Of a stretch of DNA of 32,000 bases, positions 9,421-20,300 are shown piece by piece. The stretch is from Candidatus Saccharimonadota bacterium. GTDB lineage: Bacteria > Pseudomonadota > Gammaproteobacteria > Enterobacterales > Enterobacteriaceae. The stretch spans positions 150,001 through 182,000 of the forward strand of contig NZ_CP069383.1 of NCBI RefSeq assembly GCF_017656055.1. Direction: 5' to 3'. How positions within the stretch are numbered: the stretch's first letter is position 1; each line of letters starts with the position of its first letter. A program made the position numbers and the translations under genes. The notes under the pieces are model-generated. The model saw only the letters and a list, made by a program, of their open reading frames with translations, was not told the origin of the DNA and searched no databases.

Positions 9421-10605
9421 ATGTCAAAAGAAAAATTTCAAAGAAAAAAAATTCATATTAATGTTGGTACTATAGGACATGTAGATCATGGTAAAACAAC
9501 ATTAACTTCAGCTATTACTTATATATTATCTAAAAAATATGGTGGTAATATTTATAAATTTAATGATATTGATAATGCACCTGAGGAACAAAAAAGAGGA
9601 ATTACTATTAATACATCACATGTTGAATATGATACAGAAATAAGACATTATGCTCATGTTGATTGTCCTGGACATTCAGATTATATAAAAAATATGATTA
9701 CTGGTGCTGCTCAAATGGATGGTGCAATTTTAGTTGTATCAGCTACAGATGGTCCTATGCCACAGACTAGAGAACATATTTTATTAGCTAGACAGGTTGG
9801 TGTTCCATATATTATTGTTTTTATAAATAAATGTGATTTAGTAGATGATGAGGAAATATTAGATTTAGTTGAAATGGAAATAAGAGAATTATTATCAAAA
9901 TATGGATTTATTGATAAAAATATTCCAGTTATTAGAGGATCTGCTATAAAAGCTTTAGAAGATGATGAAGTTTGGTCTAATAAAATAATAGAGTTATCTA
10001 ATTATTTAGATAAATATATACCAGATCCTATAAGAGATATAGACAATGATTTTATATTACCTATAGAAGATGTATTTTCAATATCAGGTAGAGGTACTGT
10101 AGTTACAGGTAAAATAGAGAAAGGTATTATAAAAATAGGTGATGAAGTTGAAATAGTTGGTATAAGAGATACTATAAAAACAACATGTACAGGTATAGAA
10201 ATGTTTAGAAAATTATTAGATGAAGGTAGAGCTGGTGAAAATGTTGGTATATTATTAAGAGGTATAAAAAAAGAGGATGTAGAAAGAGGTCAAGTTTTAT
10301 CTAAACCTAATAGTATTAAACCTTATACTAAATTTGATGCTGAAATTTATATTTTAAATAAAGATGAAGGTGGTCGTCATACTCCATTTTTTAATGGATA
10401 TCGTCCTCAATTTTATTTTAGAACTACAGATGTTACTGGAACAATAAATTTACCTAAAGATATTGATATGATAATGCCTGGTGATAATATAAAATTAACA
10501 GTTGATTTAGTATGTCCTATTGCAATGAATGAAGGTTTAAGATTTGCAGTTAGAGAAGGTGGTAAAACTGTAGGAGCTGGTATAGTTACAAAAATAATAT
10601 CTTAA
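9421..10605 (+). CDS. tuf: Elongation factor Tu
   Basis: 394 aa. Contains [45 protein letters not shown]. Sits in the tufB position after thrU-tyrU-glyT-thrT. Confidence 0.98.
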   Translation: MSKEKFQRKKIHINVGTIGHVDHGKTTLTSAITYILSKKYGGNIYKFNDIDNAPEEQKRGITINTSHVEYDTEIRHYAHVDCPGHSDYIKNMITGAAQMDGAILVVSATDGPMPQTREHILLARQVGVPYIIVFINKCDLVDDEEILDLVEMEIRELLSKYGFIDKNIPVIRGSAIKALEDDEVWSNKIIELSNYLDKYIPDPIRDIDNDFILPIEDVFSISGRGTVVTGKIEKGIIKIGDEVEIVGIRDTIKTTCTGIEMFRKLLDEGRAGENVGILLRGIKKEDVERGQVLSKPNSIKPYTKFDAEIYILNKDEGGRHTPFFNGYRPQFYFRTTDVTGTINLPKDIDMIMPGDNIKLTVDLVCPIAMNEGLRFAVREGGKTVGAGIVTKIIS

Positions 10606-10617
10606 TTTTGAATAAAA

Positions 10618-10767
10618 ATGTATAAATTATATAAAGATTTTTTTTATCCTAACTATAAATACATAATTTTTATTATTATGTTAATATTTTTATTTATTAT
10701 TTTTTTTTCATTTTCATTAAAAATAATTGATTTTGTAATATTTAAATTTTATAATTTATTTGTTTAA
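10618..10767 (+). CDS. secE: Probable minimal SecE translocon subunit (49 aa)
   Basis: Below the ORF-track cut-off. Hand translation gives MYKLYKDFFYPNYKYIIFIIMLIFLFIIFFSFSLKIIDFVIFKFYNLFV* (ATG 10618, TAA 10765-10767). It has one hydrophobic helix and lies in the conserved tuf-secE-nusG slot. Sequence similarity alone is too weak; the call rests on position and topology. Confidence 0.6.
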   Translation: MYKLYKDFFYPNYKYIIFIIMLIFLFIIFFSFSLKIIDFVIFKFYNLFV

Positions 10768-10777
10768 GAAAATTCTT

Positions 10778-11299
10778 ATGAAAAAATGGTATGTTATTAA
10801 AATATTTTCAAAGTTTAAAAATAATATAATAAAAAATATATTTAACTTTAATAAAAATATAAGTCTATATAAATATTTTATAGATAAAATAGTTTTTTTT
10901 AATTATAATAAATACAATTACAATAATAATTGTATTTATTTAAATTTTTTTATTAATAATTATACTATTAAATATATAAATAATATACCTAATGTTTTAG
11001 GATTTATTAATAAAAATAAATATAATTATCCATTATATATAGATGATAAATATATTAATAATATCTTAATTAGTGAATATAATATAAAATTAATAAGTAA
11101 TAAATTTTTAAAGAAAAACGATAAAATAATAATAAAAAATTCGGAATTTTATAATTTTTTAGGAACAATTAAAAAAATTGATTTTAATAATTTTGATTTA
11201 GTTGTTAAAATTTTTTTATTAGGTAAAAAAAAATATGTAAAATTAAATTTTTATGAAATAAAAAAAATAAATTATTATGAAAATAAAACATATTGTTAA
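10778..11299 (+). CDS. nusG: Transcription antiterminator NusG
   Basis: The ORF track starts at a TTG (10760) inside secE. I prefer ATG 10778, giving MKKWYVIKIFSKF... (typical NGN-domain start). A KOW-like segment KKNDKIIIKNSEFYNFLGTIKKID is present. Position is secE-nusG-rplK. Very diverged. Confidence 0.8.
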   Translation: MKKWYVIKIFSKFKNNIIKNIFNFNKNISLYKYFIDKIVFFNYNKYNYNNNCIYLNFFINNYTIKYINNIPNVLGFINKNKYNYPLYIDDKYINNILISEYNIKLISNKFLKKNDKIIIKNSEFYNFLGTIKKIDFNNFDLVVKIFLLGKKKYVKLNFYEIKKINYYENKTYC

Positions 11300-11705
11300 A
11301 ATACAAATTCCTTCTCAAAATGCTAATCCTAGTCCTCCTATAGGACCTATATTAGGACAAAAGGGTATTAATATTATAAAATTTTGTAATGATTTTAATA
11401 ATGAAACTAAAAATAAGAATATAGAAAAGGGAATTATTATACCTGTTGTTATAACTATTTTTGAAGATAAAAATTTTGTTTTTTTATTGAAAAATCCTCC
11501 TGTTTCGTTTTTGTTAAAAAGAGAATTAAAAATAGAATGTGGATCAAAAAATCCTGGAAAATTAGTATCTGGTGTTTTAAATATTGATCAAATAAGAAAA
11601 ATAGCATTATTAAAAATAAATGAATTTAATACTGAAGATGTTAATTCTATTATTAAGTCTATTATAGGGACTGCTAAATCTATGGGTATTATAATAAAAA
11701 AATGA
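11277..11705 (+). CDS. rplK: Ribosomal protein L11
   Basis: 142 aa. ANPSPPIGPILGQKGINIIKFCNDFN. Overlaps the nusG tail by 23 nt. Ends with TGA at the expected C-terminus. Confidence 0.95.
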   Translation: MKIKHIVKIQIPSQNANPSPPIGPILGQKGINIIKFCNDFNNETKNKNIEKGIIIPVVITIFEDKNFVFLLKNPPVSFLLKRELKIECGSKNPGKLVSGVLNIDQIRKIALLKINEFNTEDVNSIIKSIIGTAKSMGIIIKK

Positions 11706-11713
11706 TATAATAT

Positions 11714-12427
11714 ATGAAAGATTCTAAAGTAAAAAATAAATTAAAAATAAAATATCTAGAATTTATAAAAAATAATAATAATATTATAGATATTTCAAAT
11801 TCTATAAATTTTATAAAAAATTTATGTTTAAAAAGAAATTTTGATGAAAATATAGATATATATATAAATATAGATAAAAAATATATTTTTAATAAAAATT
11901 TATTAAATGGTTTTATATTATTAAAAAATGAAATTATTTGTAGAAAATTAAAAACTTGTTTATTAGCTTATGGAAATGATTTAAAATTAGCTGAATCATA
12001 TAATTTTTTTGATTATATAGGAATGGATAATATTATAAATGATTTTATAAATAAAAAAATATTTATTGATATTATTTTTTCTACAACAAGTGCTTTTGAT
12101 ATGATAAAAAATATTATTATTAAAAAATGTGTAGGAAAAATTAATATACCTAGTTTTAAAACAAAAACTTTAATTAATATTAATAATATTGAAAATTTAT
12201 TAAATTCTATAAAAAATAAAATTGTTTTATATAAAATAAATAATAATGTTTTATATACTAATATAGGGAAAATTAGTCAAAGTAATATTATGTTAATAGA
12301 TAACTTTAATTTTATTATTAATTTTATAAATAATAATATTATTATTAAAAATAAAAAAAATAATTTTTTAAATAAGATTTTTATTAGTACTACTATGGGA
12401 CCTAGTTTATGTATAAATAAACTATAA
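11714..12427 (+). CDS. rplA: Ribosomal protein L1
   Basis: 237 aa, very diverged, but C-terminal IFISTTMGPSLCI matches E. coli VSISTTMGAGVAV. Position is rplK-rplA-rplJ. Confidence 0.8.
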   Translation: MKDSKVKNKLKIKYLEFIKNNNNIIDISNSINFIKNLCLKRNFDENIDIYINIDKKYIFNKNLLNGFILLKNEIICRKLKTCLLAYGNDLKLAESYNFFDYIGMDNIINDFINKKIFIDIIFSTTSAFDMIKNIIIKKCVGKINIPSFKTKTLININNIENLLNSIKNKIVLYKINNNVLYTNIGKISQSNIMLIDNFNFIINFINNNIIIKNKKNNFLNKIFISTTMGPSLCINKL

Positions 12428-12457
12428 ATAATTAAATATTTTGAGTTAAATATTAAG

Positions 12458-12964
12458 ATGAAAAAAAATTTAAATAAAAAAAAAATTGTGTTAAAAAATA
12501 ATGTTATTATAAATAATTCTATTTCTATTAGTTTTTTTAAATTAGACAATATTAAATCAAATCAAATAAATTATTTGAGAAAAATATCTAAAAAAAAATC
12601 TATAAAAATAATAATATGTAAAAATAAATTATTAGATATAATATTCAAGAGAAATAATATTCCATTATTAAATATTAAAAATAATAATATTATTTTATGT
12701 CATGAAGAAAATCCTAGTATTTCTTTAAATATTTTTAAAGAATTTTCTAAATATAATAATATTAACTATAAGGATTATTTAAATTTTATTTATTTTGATA
12801 AAAAAATATATAAAACTGACGAAGAAATAGAATATATTAGTAATATATCTGATATCAAAAGTTTATTAATTAAATTTTGTATTATATTAAAAAATATATC
12901 TATTATTAAATTATATAATACTTTAAAATTATTAAAAAAAAATAAAAAAAATGACAACAAATAA
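12458..12964 (+). CDS. rplJ: Ribosomal protein L10
   Basis: 168 aa. NIFKEFSK matches E. coli RLFKEFAK. Position lies between rplA and rplL. Otherwise N/K/I-rich and poorly conserved. Confidence 0.75.
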   Translation: MKKNLNKKKIVLKNNVIINNSISISFFKLDNIKSNQINYLRKISKKKSIKIIICKNKLLDIIFKRNNIPLLNIKNNNIILCHEENPSISLNIFKEFSKYNNINYKDYLNFIYFDKKIYKTDEEIEYISNISDIKSLLIKFCIILKNISIIKLYNTLKLLKKNKKNDNK

Positions 12965-13325
12965 AAATAAAATTATAGAAGAATTATCTAAAATGTCTTT
13001 AACTGAAATAAATGATCTAATAATAATGATAGAAAAAAAATTTTCTATTTGTTTAAATAAAAATATTGATAATATTGATAATACTGAAGTTAATGATAAT
13101 AAAGATAATGAAAAAAAATTATTTAATATTAAATTAATTAATATAGGTAATAATAAAATATCTGTAATAAAAAATATTAGATCTATATTAAATTTAGGAT
13201 TAAAAGAATCAAAAGAAATTGTGGAATCTTGTCCTGTTTTGTTAAAAAGTGATTTAAATAAATCTGAAGCAGAAAGTTTTAAAAAAATACTTGAGGATTC
13301 TGGTGCATCTGTAATTTTAGAATAA
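12951..13325 (+). CDS. rplL: Ribosomal protein L7/L12
   Basis: 124 aa. N-terminus MTTNKNKIIEELSKMSLTEINDLIIMIEKKF and C-terminus KISVIKNIRSILNLGLKESKEIVE...SGASVILE. The start overlaps rplJ by 14 nt. Confidence 0.92.
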   Translation: MTTNKNKIIEELSKMSLTEINDLIIMIEKKFSICLNKNIDNIDNTEVNDNKDNEKKLFNIKLINIGNNKISVIKNIRSILNLGLKESKEIVESCPVLLKSDLNKSEAESFKKILEDSGASVILE

Positions 13326-13372
13326 ATTGTATTAAATTATTTTTTTTAAATTAAAATAATTGTAAAAATATT

Positions 13373-16300
13373 ATGAATTATTTATATTTCAATAAAAAAA
13401 GAATAAGAAAAAATTTTTCAAAAGTAGTTAATAAATTAGAAGTTCCTAATTTATTATCTATACAAATAGAATCATTTAAGAATTTTATTAATAAAAATAA
13501 TAATTTCTATAGTATAGATAATGTCCTAAATAATTTTTTTCCGATATTTGATAATAATAAAAATATAGAGGTAAGATATATAGATTATATATTAGATAAA
13601 TCATTATTTAATACTAAAGAATGTAGAATAAAGGGTTTAACTTATTCTTATTCACTAAAGATAAATTTATTATTATTACAAAAAAATATATCTACTAATA
13701 AAATTATAGAAATACCTTTTAATAATTTATATGTATGTGAAATACCATATATGACAGTTAATGGAACTTTTATAATAAATGGTACAGAAAGAGTTGTAGT
13801 TCCTCAATTATCTAAAAGTCCTGGTGTTTTTTTTAATTATATAAAAGAAAAATCTTCATATAAAAAAAAAATATATAATGCTAAAATAATTCCTTATAGA
13901 GGTTCATGGATAGATATAGAATTTGATAATAAAAATATATTATTTATTAAAATAGATAAAAAGAAAAAAATACTTTTAACAGTTTTCTTGCGTGCTATGG
14001 GTATAAAAAGATATGATATATTGAATTTTTTTTTTAAAACGATTAATGTATTTTTTTGTGATAATTATAATATAATATTAGAATTTATTTTAGATAATTT
14101 TAATAATGAAGATTTAAATGTTATAGATAATATAAAAAATAATTTTAAAATAATAGAAGATTATATAGATAAAAATATAAGAAAAATTAAAATTAGTAAT
14201 AAATATTTAATAAATAAGATAATTCACAGTTATAATGAAAAAAAATATTTTGATATAAAAGATAGTTTAATAACTGATAAAAAATTAGAATTTTTATTAA
14301 AAAATAAAATTAAAAATATAAAAATATTATTTATTGAAAAATATAATTATTTACCCATATATAATACTTTATTTGTAGATAATATAAATAGTCAAAATGA
14401 ATCATTAATAGAAATTTATAAAATTATAAAACAGGGGGATGTACCTGATATAAAAATAGTAAAAAATTTATTTAATAATTTATTTTTCTGTGGAAATAAA
14501 TATAATTTATCTTTTATAGGTAGGATGAAAATAAATAATTCTTTATATAAGAATAATTTATATAAAAATAAAGATGTTAAAAATAATGAAGATAAGTATA
14601 TTAATAAATATGATATTTTATTTACTATAAGAAAATTAATAGATATAAAAAATAAAAAATATAATATAGATAATTTAGATGATTTATCTAATAAAAGAAT
14701 AAAATTAATAGGTGAAATGATAGAAAATCAGTTTAGAATAGGTATATCTAGGTTAGAAAAATCTATAAAAGAAAAAATATCTTATATTTCTAACATAGAA
14801 AATTTAAATAAAAATGATTTAGTTAATTCAAAATTAATATCTTCAATAATAAAAGAATTTTTTACATCTAGTCAATTATCTCAATTTATGGATCAAAATA
14901 ATTCTTTATCTGAAATTACTCATAAAAGAAGAATATCTTCATTAGGTCCTGGTGGATTAACTAGAGATAGAGCTGGTTTTGAAGCTAGAGATGTTCATTA
15001 TAGTCATTATGGTAAATTATGTCCTATAGAAACACCGGAAGGTCCTAATATAGGTTTAATAAATTCATTATCATTGTATTGTAGAGTTAATAAATATGGA
15101 TTTTTAGAAACTCCTTATTTTAAAGTTATAAATAGAATGATTACAAATGATATTGTATATTTATCTTCTTTAGAAGATTATAATTTATTTATTACTCAAT
15201 CTGATATAAAAATAAATAATAATTATATTGAAGATGAATATGTTATGTGTAGATTTAAAGGAAATTTTTTACTTGTTAATAGTTGTAAAGTTAATTATAT
15301 TGATATTTCTCCGCAACAAATTATATCAGCTGGAGTTTCATTAATACCGTTTTTAGAACATAATGATGCTAATAGAGCTTTGATGGGAACTAATATGCAA
15401 AGACAGGCTGTACCAATAATGGGATGTGAATATCCATTAGTTGGAACAGGATATGAAAAAATTATTGCTGATAATTCTTCTAACATTATTTTTTCTAAAA
15501 GAGGTGGAAAAGTTATATATATAGATTCTAAGTATATTGTTGTTAAAGTTAATTTATCAGAAATAGATTATAATTCAGATTTTGATTTAGGATTGGATAT
15601 TTATGAATTAAATAAATTTGATAGATCTAATCAAAATACATTAATAAATAATAAAATTTGTGTTGAATTATTTGAAAATGTTAATAAAAAAAGTATTTTG
15701 GCTGATAATCAATGTACTGATATAGGAGAATTATGTTTAGGAAGAAATTTAAAAGTTGCTTTTATGTCTTGGAATGGTTATAATTTTGAAGATTCAATTA
15801 TAATATCTGAAGATTTAGTGAAAAAAGATTTATTTACTAGTATACATATACAAGAATTTTCATGTATACAAAGAGAAACTAAATTGGGTCCAGAGGAAAT
15901 TACTTGTTCTATTCCTAATATAAATAATCATAATATTTCAATGTTAGATAAATCCGGTATAGTTTGTATAGGATCGTATGTTAATGAAGGTGATATATTA
16001 GTTGGAAAATTAACACCAAAAGAAGAAGTTCAGTTAACACCTGAAGAAAAATTACTTAGAGCTATATTTGGTGATAAAAAATTAAATGTTGAGGATTCAT
16101 CTTTAAGAGTACCTAATGGAGTAAGTGGTACAGTAATAGATATTCAAATATTTTATAGTAATAAATTTAAAAATAAAGATTTTAATGAAAATTCTAACAT
16201 ATTTATTAAATATAATATAATAAAAAAAAATTTATTATTTATAATAAATGAATTGAATAATATTTATAATATAGATAAAGATTTAATTTTAGAATTTATA

Positions 16301-17374
16301 AAATGTAGTGATAATAATTTATATGAAAAATTGTTAATTGAAATAAATAAAAACATAAAAAATAATGATTTATTTTTATTTTATAAAAAAATTTTATACA
16401 AATATATAAATATAAATAATTTATTAAATAAAGATATAGAATTAGAAAATATTAAAAATATTAATATTAGTGAATTATCACCAGGTATAATAAAAATAGT
16501 AAAAATTTATATATCTACAAAAAGAAAAATAAAAGAAGGTGATAAAATATCTGGTAGATATGGTAACAAAGGTGTTATTTCAAAAATATGTCCTATAGAA
16601 GATATGCCTTATGATGAAGATGGTAATATTATAGATATAATACTAAATCCTCTTGGAGTTCCATCTAGAATGAATATAGGACAAATATTAGAAACAAATT
16701 TATCTATGGGTCTAAAAAAAATAGGAGAAAATGTAGAAAAAATATTAAAAGATAATAATATTATTGAATTACGTAATTATATGAATAAAATATATAATTT
16801 ATTTAATAAGAATTGTGAAATTGATTTTAATAAATTAAAAGAAAGTGAATTATTAATGTTATCTAATAATATTAAAAATGGATTACCTGTTTCAGTACCT
16901 CCATTTGAGGGTATTAATGAATATGAAATAAAAAGTATTTTTGAATTTGTTAATTTCCCTAATGATGGTAAAATAACTTTATATGATGGAATAACGGGTG
17001 AAAAATTTGATAGAAAAATAACTGTTGGTTATATGTATATGATGAAATTAAATCATTTAGTTGATGATAAAATACATGCTAGATCTACAGGATCATATAG
17101 TTTAATAACTCAACAACCGTTAGGTGGTAAATCTCAATTTGGAGGACAAAGGTTTGGTGAAATGGAAGTTTGGGCTTTAGAAGCTTATGGAGCAGCATAT
17201 ACATTACAAGAAATGTTAACTGTTAAATCTGATGATATATATGGTAGAATAAAGATGTATAAAAATATAATAAAAAATAATCTTACTATAGATCCTAGTA
17301 TACCTGAATCATTTAATGTTTTATTAAAAGAATTAAAATCATTGTGTTTAAATATAGATTTAAAAAAAAAATAA
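13373..17374 (+). CDS. rpoB: RNA polymerase beta subunit
   Basis: 1333 aa. Contains SSQLSQFMDQNNSLSEITHKRRISSLGPGGLTRDRAGFEARDVH, PIETPEGPNIGLINSL, NMQRQAVP, GRYGNKGVISKI, GGQRFGEMEVWALEAYGAA. N/K/I-rich segments lie where I recall gammaproteobacterial lineage-specific insertions. Confidence 0.98.
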   Translation: MNYLYFNKKRIRKNFSKVVNKLEVPNLLSIQIESFKNFINKNNNFYSIDNVLNNFFPIFDNNKNIEVRYIDYILDKSLFNTKECRIKGLTYSYSLKINLLLLQKNISTNKIIEIPFNNLYVCEIPYMTVNGTFIINGTERVVVPQLSKSPGVFFNYIKEKSSYKKKIYNAKIIPYRGSWIDIEFDNKNILFIKIDKKKKILLTVFLRAMGIKRYDILNFFFKTINVFFCDNYNIILEFILDNFNNEDLNVIDNIKNNFKIIEDYIDKNIRKIKISNKYLINKIIHSYNEKKYFDIKDSLITDKKLEFLLKNKIKNIKILFIEKYNYLPIYNTLFVDNINSQNESLIEIYKIIKQGDVPDIKIVKNLFNNLFFCGNKYNLSFIGRMKINNSLYKNNLYKNKDVKNNEDKYINKYDILFTIRKLIDIKNKKYNIDNLDDLSNKRIKLIGEMIENQFRIGISRLEKSIKEKISYISNIENLNKNDLVNSKLISSIIKEFFTSSQLSQFMDQNNSLSEITHKRRISSLGPGGLTRDRAGFEARDVHYSHYGKLCPIETPEGPNIGLINSLSLYCRVNKYGFLETPYFKVINRMITNDIVYLSSLEDYNLFITQSDIKINNNYIEDEYVMCRFKGNFLLVNSCKVNYIDISPQQIISAGVSLIPFLEHNDANRALMGTNMQRQAVPIMGCEYPLVGTGYEKIIADNSSNIIFSKRGGKVIYIDSKYIVVKVNLSEIDYNSDFDLGLDIYELNKFDRSNQNTLINNKICVELFENVNKKSILADNQCTDIGELCLGRNLKVAFMSWNGYNFEDSIIISEDLVKKDLFTSIHIQEFSCIQRETKLGPEEITCSIPNINNHNISMLDKSGIVCIGSYVNEGDILVGKLTPKEEVQLTPEEKLLRAIFGDKKLNVEDSSLRVPNGVSGTVIDIQIFYSNKFKNKDFNENSNIFIKYNIIKKNLLFIINELNNIYNIDKDLILEFIKCSDNNLYEKLLIEINKNIKNNDLFLFYKKILYKYININNLLNKDIELENIKNINISELSPGIIKIVKIYISTKRKIKEGDKISGRYGNKGVISKICPIEDMPYDEDGNIIDIILNPLGVPSRMNIGQILETNLSMGLKKIGENVEKILKDNNIIELRNYMNKIYNLFNKNCEIDFNKLKESELLMLSNNIKNGLPVSVPPFEGINEYEIKSIFEFVNFPNDGKITLYDGITGEKFDRKITVGYMYMMKLNHLVDDKIHARSTGSYSLITQQPLGGKSQFGGQRFGEMEVWALEAYGAAYTLQEMLTVKSDDIYGRIKMYKNIIKNNLTIDPSIPESFNVLLKELKSLCLNIDLKKK

Positions 17375-17378
17375 GAGG
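17373..17378 (+). promoter_or_regulatory. Shine-Dalgarno-like AAGAGG for rpoC, overlapping the rpoB stop codon
   Basis: TAAGAGGttaacttGTG. The purine-rich hexamer lies 7 nt upstream of the only possible rpoC start. It is one of very few G-rich intergenic motifs in the window. Confidence 0.5.
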
Positions 17379-17385
17379 TTAACTT

Positions 17386-20300
17386 GTGAATAATATTAAT
17401 GAAAATGAATTTTCATATAAAAATTTTGATTTTATTGAGATATCTATAGCATCTCCTGATAAAATTAGATCATGGTCTTATGGTGAAATTAAAAAACCAG
17501 AAACTATTAACTATAGAACTTTAAAACCTGAGAAAGATGGATTATTTTGTTCTAGAATATTTGGTCCTATAAATGATTATGAATGTATATGTGGTAAATA
17601 TAAAAAGATAAAATATAAAGATATGATATGTGAAAAATGTGGAGTAGAAATAATTTCTTCTAAATCTAGAAGAAATAGAATGGGACATATAGAATTAGTA
17701 TCTCCAGTTTGTCATATATGGTTTTTAAGATCACTTCCTTCTAAAATAAGTATTTTATTAAATATAAGTTTAAAAGATATAGAAAAAGTTATATATTTTG
17801 AAAATTATATAATTACAGAATCATTTATTAGTAATATAAAAGTTGGAAATATAATAAATGAAGAAGATTATATATTATTGAATAAAAAATATTTTGGTAA
17901 ATTTGTTGCTAAGATAGGAGCTGAAGCTATATTTGATTTGTTAAAGAAAATAAATTTAAAAAAAGAATATTTATTATTAATTAAAAAATTTAATCTAGAA
18001 AATAAATTAGAAAAAAGAAACAGGATATATAAAAGAATGAAAATAATAAAGTCTTTTATTAATTCTAATAATAAACCTGAATGGATGATTTTAACAGTTA
18101 TTCCAGTTTTACCTCCTGATTTAAGACCATTAGTTCCATTAGAAGGAGGTAGATTTGCTACTTCTGATTTAAATGATTTATACAGAAGAATAATAAATAG
18201 AAATAATAGATTAAAAAGATTAATTGACTTATCTGCTCCTAATATAATAATAAAAAATGAAAAAAGAATGTTACAGGAATCTGTAGATTTTTTATTAGAT
18301 AATGGTAGAAGAGGTAAATATGTTTTAAATTCAAATAAAAAACAGTTAAAATCTTTATCTGATATGATAAAAGGTAAATATGGAAGGTTTAGACAAAATT
18401 TATTAGGAAAAAGAGTTGATTTTTCAGGTAGATCTGTTATTATACCAGGTCCTAATTTAAAATTAAATCAATGTGGAATACCAAAAAAAATAGCTATAGA
18501 ATTATTTAAACCTTTTATATACGGAAAATTAGAATATTTAAAAATTTCTTCTAGTATAAAGATGTCTAAAAAAATTCTTAATAAAGAAGATCCAATAATA
18601 TTAGATATATTAGAAGATATAATGAAAGATCATCCTATATTGTTAAATAGAGCTCCAACTTTACATAGATTAGGTATTCAATCATTTGATCCTGTTTTAA
18701 TTAATGGAGAATCAATACAATTACATCCATTAGTTTGTTCAGCATATAATGCTGATTTTGATGGAGATCAAATGGCTATACACGTTCCATTAACTATTGA
18801 GTCTCAATTAGAATCAAGAATATTAATGATGTCTGTTAATAATATATTATCTCCTGCTAATGGAGATCCAGTAATATTTCCTTCACAAGATATGGTATTA
18901 GGTATATATTATTTAACAAAAGTTGGAAATTCTACTATTAATAAAAATATTTATGATATAAATGAAATAGAAAAATTTTTTAATTTAAATATTTTAGGAA
19001 TAAATGATAATATAAAAGTAAGAATTACAGATTATGATAATAATAAAAATGAATACAAAATAATAGTTAATACTACTGTAGGTAGATGTATTTTATGGAA
19101 TGTGATACCAAAATTTATACCTTTTTATTTAATAAATAATACGTTAAATAAATCATTAATATTAAATATAATAAGTTATTCATATTTTAATTTGAATTTA
19201 AAGGATACTGTTATATTATTAAATAATTTAATGAAAATAGGTTTTAAATATGCAACTATTTCTGGTATATCAATAGGATTAGATGATTTAATTATTCCAA
19301 ATGAAAAAGATAAGATTATAAATGATACTAATAATGAAGTTAATTATATTAATAAACAGTATGAATTAGGATTGCTAACTTATAATGAAAAGTATAATAA
19401 AATTATTGATATATGGTCGGAAGTTAGTGAAGTTATATCTAAAATTACGATAGATAAAATTTCTGATGTTAAATTAGATTATAATAATATATTTATGATG
19501 ATAGATTCTGGAGCAAGAGGATCTTTAGCTCAAATAAGACAATTATCTGGTATAAGAGGTTTAATGACTAAAACAGATGGATATATAATAGAGAATCCTA
19601 TTAAATCTAATTTTAAAGAAGGTTTAAATATAATAGAATATTTTATATCTACTCATGGTGCTAGAAAAGGTTTATCTGATACTGCATTAAAAACTGCTAA
19701 TTCAGGGTATTTAACAAGAAGATTAGTTGATGTAGCTCAAGATATAGTTATATTATTAAAAGATTGTAAAACTAATAATGGAATTAAAATAGAATTAGAT
19801 AATGTAAATAATGATAATTATATATCATTATTTAAAGATAGAATAATTGGTAGAATTTTATCACATGATATATATGATAATAATAAATTATTATTTAGTA
19901 GAAATACTTTAATAGATTATAAAATATTTGATATAATTATAAAATTATATATTAATCATATATATATTAGATCACCTATAACTTGTGAATTAAATAATGG
20001 AATATGTTCTTTATGTTATGGTATTGATTTATCAAAAGGTAATATTGTTAATATAGGGGAATCTGTTGGCATAATAGCAGCACAATCTATAGGTGAACCT
20101 GGAACACAGTTAACAATGAGAACATTTCATATAGGTGGAGCTATTTCAATAGTTGGTAGTTCTAATATAAAATTTAAAAATTCTGGAATTTTAAAGTTAT
20201 TTAATTGTAAATTTTTAAAAAATTCAAATAATGAAAATGTTATTATATCTAAAAATTCTGAAGTTGGTATTTTAAACATTAATTTAAATAAAATAATAGA

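Noticed and set aside
10760-10777. ORF-track starts for nusG (TTG 10760) and rplV (ATG 27364), which extend these genes into secE and rpsS.
   Set aside because: Homology to NusG and L22 begins only at the downstream starts (ATG 10778; GTG 27430). The extensions are just the upstream portions of the open frames. The downstream starts give protein lengths closer to the orthologues.
11703-11705. Possible alternative genetic code (UGA = Trp), as in some tiny-genome symbionts.
   Set aside because: TGA ends rplK and rplD at the expected C-termini. Trp is encoded by TGG in the conserved positions I checked (tuf, rpoC, rpsS). No conserved gene needs read-through of an in-frame TGA.
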